Assembly (NCBI GenBank): GCA_951406725.2
Contig: OX597827.1
Location: 620,001 to 684,000 of the forward strand
Length of the DNA: 64,000 bases
From: Octopus vulgaris
Lineage: Eukaryota
Direction: 5' to 3'
Part shown: one piece after another, positions 55,517 through 64,000 of the stretch
Layout: each line of letters opens with the position of its first letter
Position numbering within the stretch: position 1 is the first letter of the stretch
Notes under the pieces: model-generated
What the model was told of the DNA's origin: nothing
What the model saw: only the letters and a program-made list of their open reading frames with translations
Databases searched by the model: none
Position numbers and translations under genes: made by a program

Positions 55517-55658
55517 GTTTGCCCCCCCTACCATCGCTTGACAACCGATATTGGTGTGTTTACGTCCCCGTAACTTAGCGCTTCGGTAGAAGTTGACCGA
55601 TAGAATAAGCACCAGGCTTATAAAGAATAAGTCTTGCAGTCGATTTCTTAAGACTAAA
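55268..55658 (+). mobile_element. SINE family A copy with expanded internal (TA)n
   Basis: Colinear with 27441-27790. Confidence 0.8.
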
Positions 55659-55826
55659 ATGTATGCATTTAAGTCTGTTTTTTATTTAATTTTTCATATG
55701 TCCTGCCCGCCAATTTTGGTTCTGGTGTTCGCTGAATTCTTCCTCTAGAGAATTTCCCTTGTAGTTTGATCGTTGATGATCTTTTTCTAACATTCTGGCC
55801 GGCTACCTAGCAGGCCAGCCCTGCCA

Positions 55827-55899
<73 letters not shown>

Positions 55900-56655
55900 T
55901 GTTAAAGAGGACAACAAATGTTAAGGCAAGGCAAACATCTGAAGTCGTATACATTATTATTATTGGAAAAAATTCAAGGCCTTACAGCTGTTTCTTGGTT
56001 ATCCCAGAGTATGACAGAGCTATTCTGTCATCGGAGACAAATAGGGAAAATGAGAAGGGTATACCTTAATGAAATGGCGACATAGAGGACAGGAGTATAG
56101 GAATACGGAGATGAAGAAAGAGAATTACAATAGCGATACCGATAACGATAATGACGATAATAATAATAATGATAACGCTGACGTGGATATTGATGAGAGA
56201 AACGACGGCAAAGATCAGAGCAATATCATGAAGGATTCACCTAATACTGCCTTAGCCACTACCAGTACTATCCCATCTCTCTCTCCAGTTAACCATCGTA
56301 GAACTGTTAGCTGCAACTGCAGATCTGGGACAGACTGTCCACTGAAAGCCCATTGCAGAAGATTCAACGTCATATACCAATGTACCGTTCGCAAAATAGT
56401 AAAAAAAAAACTCCTATAGCTACTACACTGGATCTACCACAAATTTTTAAACAAAGATGTTATGCACATTTAAACACGTTTAAATATAAAGAGAATAACA
56501 ATTCCACATCACCAGCCAGCCACGTATGCCATATAATTAATGGAAAAAATACGATATAGACTTTACTGGGCTATAATAGACACTGGTATCCCATATCATG
56601 GCCAGCACTCCATTTGTGGATTCTGTTTAAAAGAAGCCCTTATATATCATAAAAT
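55900..56655 (+). mobile_element. Penelope-like element remnant: degenerate GIY-YIG endonuclease (about 56300-56655) preceded by an inverted HHR-bearing pLTR-like segment
   Basis: Frameshifted peptides CNCRSGTDCPLKAHCRRFNVIYQCTV, FKQRCYAHLNTFKY...STSPASHV and CGFCLKEAL are typical of PLE endonucleases. The minus strand at 55977-56038 reads CCGATGA...GAAACAGCTGTA. Confidence 0.75.
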
Positions 56656-56744
56656 GTGCGTGAGTATGTGTGCGTGTGCGCGTATTTAGTGCTGACGGAG
56701 AGAAGAAAGTGTAGACAATACCATAGTGAAAATTAATAATACTT

Positions 56745-57015
<271 letters not shown>

Positions 57016-57215
57016 TATGTGAAGTCAGTGAAGTCTATTCACTGATTATCAAAATAAGAAATATTGAGTTTCTAAATCTCTCGTAGAGAGGTGTACGGTG
57101 GTGGAGCGATATAATGGTTGTATACTGTCAATCTAACAAGAACGTGACAGTAGGGGGTACACCACCGTTATATAGCCCTAGGAGGCATCGAACGCCTCCT
57201 GACAGCTTCGACACT

Positions 57216-57270
<55 letters not shown>

Positions 57271-57374
57271 CTGTATATAATAATGTAAAAAAATAATCAA
57301 AGAATGGGTTTATTCTTAGTTTACAACTGATTCATCGATTTGCATTAAACCAAACTTGCGTCATATTGATTCCA

Positions 57375-57484
<110 letters not shown>

Positions 57485-57608
57485 AGGGGAATTTTCCTTG
57501 TATTGTTTGTCTTGTACTCTGTTTTTTCGTTGTTAAAAGTCCGTTTCCTTGTTTGATTTTATGTTTTCGTTTCTCGTTGTGTTCTACGTTTATTTGTGGT
57601 GTCCTGTA

Positions 57609-57658
<50 letters not shown>

Positions 57659-57795
57659 TGTATATATACATGTAGATGTAAGTATGTACATATATGTATG
57701 TATATATGCATATATTTTATTTATTATATTGTTATTATATATATATATACATATACACACATACATGTATATATCTATATCTATATATATGGATG

Positions 57796-57860
<65 letters not shown>

Positions 57861-57944
57861 TATATATACATATATATACATACACATGAATATGTGTGTA
57901 TATATACACACACACACATTCACATCCATATGTATAGTTTATGT

Positions 57945-58161
57945 ATTCTTTTATTCTTGTATTGGTTTCAGTCATTTGACTTCGGCCATGCTGGAGCCTC
58001 GCCTGTAGTCGAACAAACTGACCTCAGGACTTATTCTTTGTAAGCCTATTACTTATTGTATGGATCTCTTTTGCCGAACCTCTAAGTTACGGGGACGTAA
58101 ACATACCAACATCGGTTGTCAAGCGATGGTGGGGAGACAAGCCCAGTCACACACACATATG

Positions 58162-58193
<32 letters not shown>

Positions 58194-58312
58194 CGAAAGG
58201 CTTCTTTCAGTTTCCGTCTACCAAATCCACTCACAAGGCTTTGGTCGGCCCGAAGCTATAGTAGAAGATACTTGCCCAAGATGTCACACAGTGGGACTGA
58301 ACCCGGAACCAT
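57945..58312 (-). mobile_element. SINE family A copy
   Basis: Reverse complement of family A, slightly 5'-truncated. Confidence 0.8.
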
Positions 58313-58319
58313 AAGTATA

Positions 58320-58362
<43 letters not shown>

Positions 58363-58634
58363 TCATACGCGTAAAGAGTAAAAGAATCAAAAGGACGAAT
58401 AAATACGGTTAGGCAGCTTTTCAATTTTCATTACAAATGTTTCGATACCTAAGACTAGAAATGGTAGCTTACCATAATAATACTAGCGGCTATTTGGAAA
58501 TTCTAAGGGTGAACGAGTTCCATTTGTACTCTAATACGTTCTTAGCGTAACACACCTCCACTATATATGCATGTATGTATGAATATAAATATGTATATAT
58601 ATATGATATATGCACAAAGACATACACGACGCAA

Positions 58635-58711
<77 letters not shown>

Positions 58712-58829
58712 AACATTTATATATGAGAGCCTACGAAATCCCTGTCTGCGTTTAACCCGTGCTCCTGTACGATACACACAGTAAACGTATCCCTTTTCCA
58801 GCACTTCTTGACAAATTCTGTTGTGAAGA

Positions 58830-58998
58830 AGCGTAGGAGGCTGTGTGGTAAGTAGCTTGTTTACCAACCACATGGTTCCGGGTTCAGTCCCACTGCGTGG
58901 CACCTTGGGCAAGTGCCTTTGACTATGGCCTTGGGCTGACGAAAGCCTTATGAGTGGATTTGGTAGACTGAAGCTGAAAGAAGCCCGTCGTATATATG

Positions 58999-59031
<33 letters not shown>

Positions 59032-59240
59032 ATATGTTTGTGTATCTGTGTTTGTCGCCCCAACATCACTTGACAACCGATGCTGGTGTGCTTACGTTCC
59101 CGTAACTTAGCGATTCGGCAAATGATACCGATAGAATAAGTACTAGGCTTACAAAGAATAAGTCCTGGGGTCGATTTGCTCGACTAAAGGCAATGCTCCA
59201 GCATGGCCACAGTCAAATGACTGAAACCAGCAAACGAGTA
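58830..59240 (+). mobile_element. SINE family A, full-length copy
   Basis: Colinear with 27441-27856. Confidence 0.85.
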
Positions 59241-59457
59241 TGAGAACAAGATTTATCTTCTGACGGTCATTGTGTTGCAAATAAACACAACTGAGGTTTG
59301 TCTTCGTGGAATCTTCGACTGGGAATGATATTGTTTCATAGAAGAATCCTGTATTGAGACATATTCATGGCACACAAATATACTTATATATATCCGTATG
59401 TTTATATACATATACATACATACTTACATACACACAGACACACGCGCACGCACACAC

Positions 59458-59494
<37 letters not shown>

Positions 59495-59622
59495 CATACA
59501 CACACACACATATATCTACATGCCTATATGAATACATATGTATACACACATATTTCTGTACGTACATATACATACATGCATATGTATACCCAGACATATA
59601 TATATGTAAATGCGTGTGTATT

Positions 59623-59660
<38 letters not shown>

Positions 59661-59665
59661 AATAT

Positions 59666-59712
<47 letters not shown>

Positions 59713-60550
59713 TATGCATATAAATATGTATATATACATATATACGTACCTACATACATTCTTACACACACACGCACACACACACACATACATACATACT
59801 TACATACGTACACACGTACGTGCATACATATATACATACGTACACACGTACGTGCATACATCTATACCTATGTATGTACGCACATATTCCACTCAGTAAT
59901 GCGATTTACAAGCCGAGTATTGAATAGAAACTCAATTATTGTAAGAAATGAATAAAGAATTAATATTTATCTGTAGATTCTCTTTGACCACCACCACCAC
60001 CACCACCACCACCACCACCACCACCACCACCACCACCACCACCACCACCACCACTACCATGACTATAATCACTACTAATGCTACCACTCACAGAAACATC
60101 ATCCCCTTCTTCATCTTCATCATTTTCTCCTCCTGCCCCTCTCATCATCAACAAGATGTTAGAGAAACGAGAATATAGTGCTAATACAAGCAAACGAGAG
60201 AGTGAGAGACAGAGATAGATAGATAGAGAGCGAGGAGAGAGGGAGAGAGAGGGAGAGAGAGGGAGAGAGAGGGAGAGAGAGGGAGAGAGAGGGAGAGAGG
60301 AGGGAGATAGGGAGAAAGAGAGCGAGGAGAGGGACACAGGATGGAAACTATTAATACTAAGTTTCTTATATGCATATATATATATGTATATGTATATATA
60401 CATACATACATACGCACGCATTCACTCACTCACTCACTCAAATCCGCGCACACACACACACAAATTCACATAAGCCTTGTAGTCAGTTAGGAAGACCAAA
60501 ATTCAAATGAGTATTCAATACAGGTGCTGTGCAGAATATATATATATATA

Positions 60551-60610
<60 letters not shown>

Positions 60611-61025
60611 TGTCGGGTATGCTACTAGTAGTACACCGAGAAAACACGTTTACTGCCTATGTTTACCTGACGTCATTCACGGTGATTAAACAATTGTCGC
60701 TTGATCTACCTTAGGAATTCCTCAGAGTACGTTGAGTATAAAACAAATGATAGAGACGGAGAATGGAATACACGGGAAACTTTATTGCTCACAACGATCG
60801 TTTCGACACATCCTGCATCGATCCCACGCGAGTGGGAAACTATACAGCAGTTGTTGTGCATCCCTCGATGCGGAAGCGTTTCGTCAGGTGACGTAGTAAG
60901 ATGTATCTCGTTAAATGAACTATGTTTCATTAGGATTTAATCCAGGATGTTGTTAGTGACAGTCGTGTCTATGTATATATAAATATATATGTGTATGTAT
61001 GTATGTATGTACGTATGGATGGATG

Positions 61026-61070
<45 letters not shown>

Positions 61071-61144
61071 TCATACATATATATACATACATATATGTGT
61101 GTATGTATGTGCATGTGTGTGTATGCAAGTGTGCATATAAGGAG

Positions 61145-63068
61145 CCCCTTCTGTCATGAATACAAGGACAAATGAGAAGAGAGAAAGTAAACAAGTTGTT
61201 AGCGGATCTGAAGAAACAACAGTCTGCTTTAACCGAAAGGCGAGATATCAGTCAGGCAACAGTAAAAGCGAGGGACCCTGCTGCTTGAGAAATAGCATAA
61301 GCACCAAAGCCGTACCGTGAGGGTGAGTTCGCGAAAATATACATACTGAATGCTGCAGAAATTGTATGCCCTTAGAAGCGACAGACTTTTGCCTGACGAG
61401 AAATGCTGTGGCAAATAGGACTTCAGATCTTTCTGCAGGTTTGGACAGGCAACTGAAGCACAAAGTGAAGTCATTTATTGAATTTTCGGCTGAAATTGAT
61501 GAGAGCACGGGCATTACGGATGTTGCGCAACCGGCCATATTCCTTCGTGGTGTAGACGAGACTTTGACCGTCACCGAGAAGTTCCTGGAGTTGGTTCCTA
61601 TGATGGACACTGCAACAGCAAATGACATTTTCATCTCTCTCGTTGGAGCGCTGGACATGGTCGGAGTGGACTGGGCCCGTGTTGTCAGCATGGCTACAGA
61701 TGGCGCTCCATCAATGATTGGAAGAAAAGCAGGTGTTGTGACGCAGAGAGAAAGTACAGACTGCAAATAGAGGACGGATTTTTCATGAGGAGGCGTTGTG
61801 TTACAAGTCGGTTAAAATGGATTACGTCATGGAAGCGGTTGTCCGAACTGCTAATTTCATTCGGACTAGAGGTCTGAATCATCATCAATTTGACAATCTT
61901 CTCAGCGATCTAGGCGTTACCTATGGCTTGCCATATCACACCGAGGTAAGGTGGTTAAGCCGAGGTGTCGTGTTGAAACGTTTCTTTAATCTACAAGAAG
62001 AAATTGAACAGTTCATAGAGGAAAAGGGCAAACCAGTGTTAGATTTCCAATCACCAGAATGGCTGCAAAATTTAGCATTTAGCGAGGATATTACAGAGCA
62101 CTTGAAAAATTTGGACAAAATGCTTCAAAGCCGTAAAAAAGTTGCCACACTGTATTTTGAAAGCATAGGCACATTCAGGCTGAAGCTAACTTTGTGGGAG
62201 ACACAGCTGTCAGGTGGTGACCACAGCTGTCAGGTGGTGACCCTACTCATTTTCCTTGTCTAAAAGATGTGATTGCCACCACAGATAATGTTGACGTGAA
62301 TCGGTACAAAGACAATATCACGGGATTGCTGCCGGAGTTTGAGCAACGGTTTCAGATTTTTGATGAACTTGAGACAGATTTTAAGATTTTCGCTCACCAT
62401 TTACAGTCAACGCCTCTGATCTGCCTATCAATATCCAACTTGAAATGATTGACTTGCTGTGTGATTTGAAGAACAAATTTACTCCGGAGGGCTTGGACAC
62501 ATTTTATCAGTATCTCTTGCCAAAGTACCCCAAATTGACAGTCCTTGATGCGAAAGTTTTGTACGTGTTTGGGAACATGGCTTTGTGAACAAGTTCTTCT
62601 CTGTTATGAGCATCAATAAAACAAAGCTGCGCTCAAGGCTCACCCATAAGTATCCAAAGAACATCCTGAATTTGGCCGCTACTCAGGATTTGACGCCTGA
62701 TATTGATGCATTTGTGAAAGAGAAAATATGCCAAGTTCCAGGAACATACTGAAAATAAATGATAAAAAAGAATAAGTTTTTTTAAATGGTTTTCAAAGTG
62801 TTTTTTTTATATTTGTAAATTGTATACATTTACAAGGCAGAGTAATAATACAGTCTTTTTTAACAGTTCCCACTTTCACTTGGTCAATGAACATACTGTT
62901 CTTCAAACAAGAACATTTTCAGAATGTACCTTTTTACTCTAAAACAAAGGGAAAATTTTGAAATTGCTATTTGTAGGTTCTTATGCCATGATTTTACTGG
63001 TCCGGCTCGCTTGAGATCAAATTGGATTGATATGTGGCCCGTGAACTAAAATGAGTTTGATACCTCTA
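61145..63068 (+). mobile_element. hAT-Charlie/SPIN-like (GTF2IRD2-type) DNA transposon, 5'-truncated, with frameshifted transposase
   Basis: Peptides IDESTGITDVAQPAIFLRGV, MATDGAPSMIG, LPYHTEVRWLSRG and CEQ.FS.MSINKTKLRSRL. Charlie-like 3' terminus ggccc...gagtttgatacctct. Confidence 0.9.
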
Positions 63069-63369
63069 CTGTAAAAGGTAGTGATAGATAGGCTGATAGG
63101 TGGATGTATATACAAATGGATAGATTGTGGAAGTGAGAAGAATTGAGAAATGTCAAAAGAATAATTCAAAGTTGACTAACAAAAGTGAGAACCCAAAAGT
63201 GATTATTGGACTGAGAGAGGAATTGAGAGTTTGGAGGAAGAAATAGTCTGAAGTTGTAAAAGACAGGTGATAAGAATGAGTAGAAATGTGGAGCGAAGAT
63301 GACTGGATAGAGAGAAGGATTGAAGATGGCAGGAGAAATACCTTAACTTGTACACACACACACACACAC

Positions 63370-63441
<72 letters not shown>

Positions 63442-63605
63442 CCGCGCTGAATAAGTAGTAATGGAGAGTAATGACTGGATAGAGAGAAGAATTAGCGATG
63501 CCAAGAAAAATATCCTAACTTGTACTCTCTTTGTCTCTCCCTCTCTCCCACCCACATACAAACATTGATATATACTAACACACACTCATATATTATGTGT
63601 GAGTG

Positions 63606-63703
<98 letters not shown>

Positions 63704-64000
63704 CACACCATGTGTTATACGTACATATATATATATATATACACACACATATACACATATAATATATAATAAAAATATATATATAATACATTATATGTAA
63801 TATATTATGTACAATATATATTTATATTATATATATATACATATAAATATATGATATATGTTATATTATGAGTGTATATATCTATGTATCGGTGTTTGTG
63901 TGTGTGTGTTTATCCACACAAGCAGTAGAACAATATTGATGATCAGATAGTGAGCTTAGAATGACAGAAGAAAACTGGTTAACATTATAGCAGAGAATAT

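Overview
AT-rich, microsatellite-saturated eukaryotic DNA. The SINE, LINE and protocadherin content points to a coleoid cephalopod, most likely Octopus. The only intact gene is a + strand protocadherin (signal peptide, 6 cadherin repeats, transmembrane helix). I assemble it from three phase-compatible coding exons (4535-6964, 12708-12855, 42635-42999; about 980 aa), and its first intron appears to use a non-canonical GC donor. The rest is tRNA-derived SINEs (some in head-to-tail arrays), R4/Dong-type and RTE LINE remnants, a Penelope-like GIY-YIG remnant, hAT-Charlie and pogo/Tigger remnants and several MITEs. The most striking unannotated signal is a set of ORF-less elements in TA-rich or (TA)n flanks that carry type I hammerhead-ribozyme (HHR) folds. 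Three are long palindromes with two head-to-head HHRs (9635-9925, 32156-32596, 54140-54257), one has a G3:C8 swapped core, and there is also an intact solo HHR (32723-32817, minus strand). Nearly all other ORFs in the supplied track are microsatellite translations. All structures were read by eye; no alignment, folding or database search was run.
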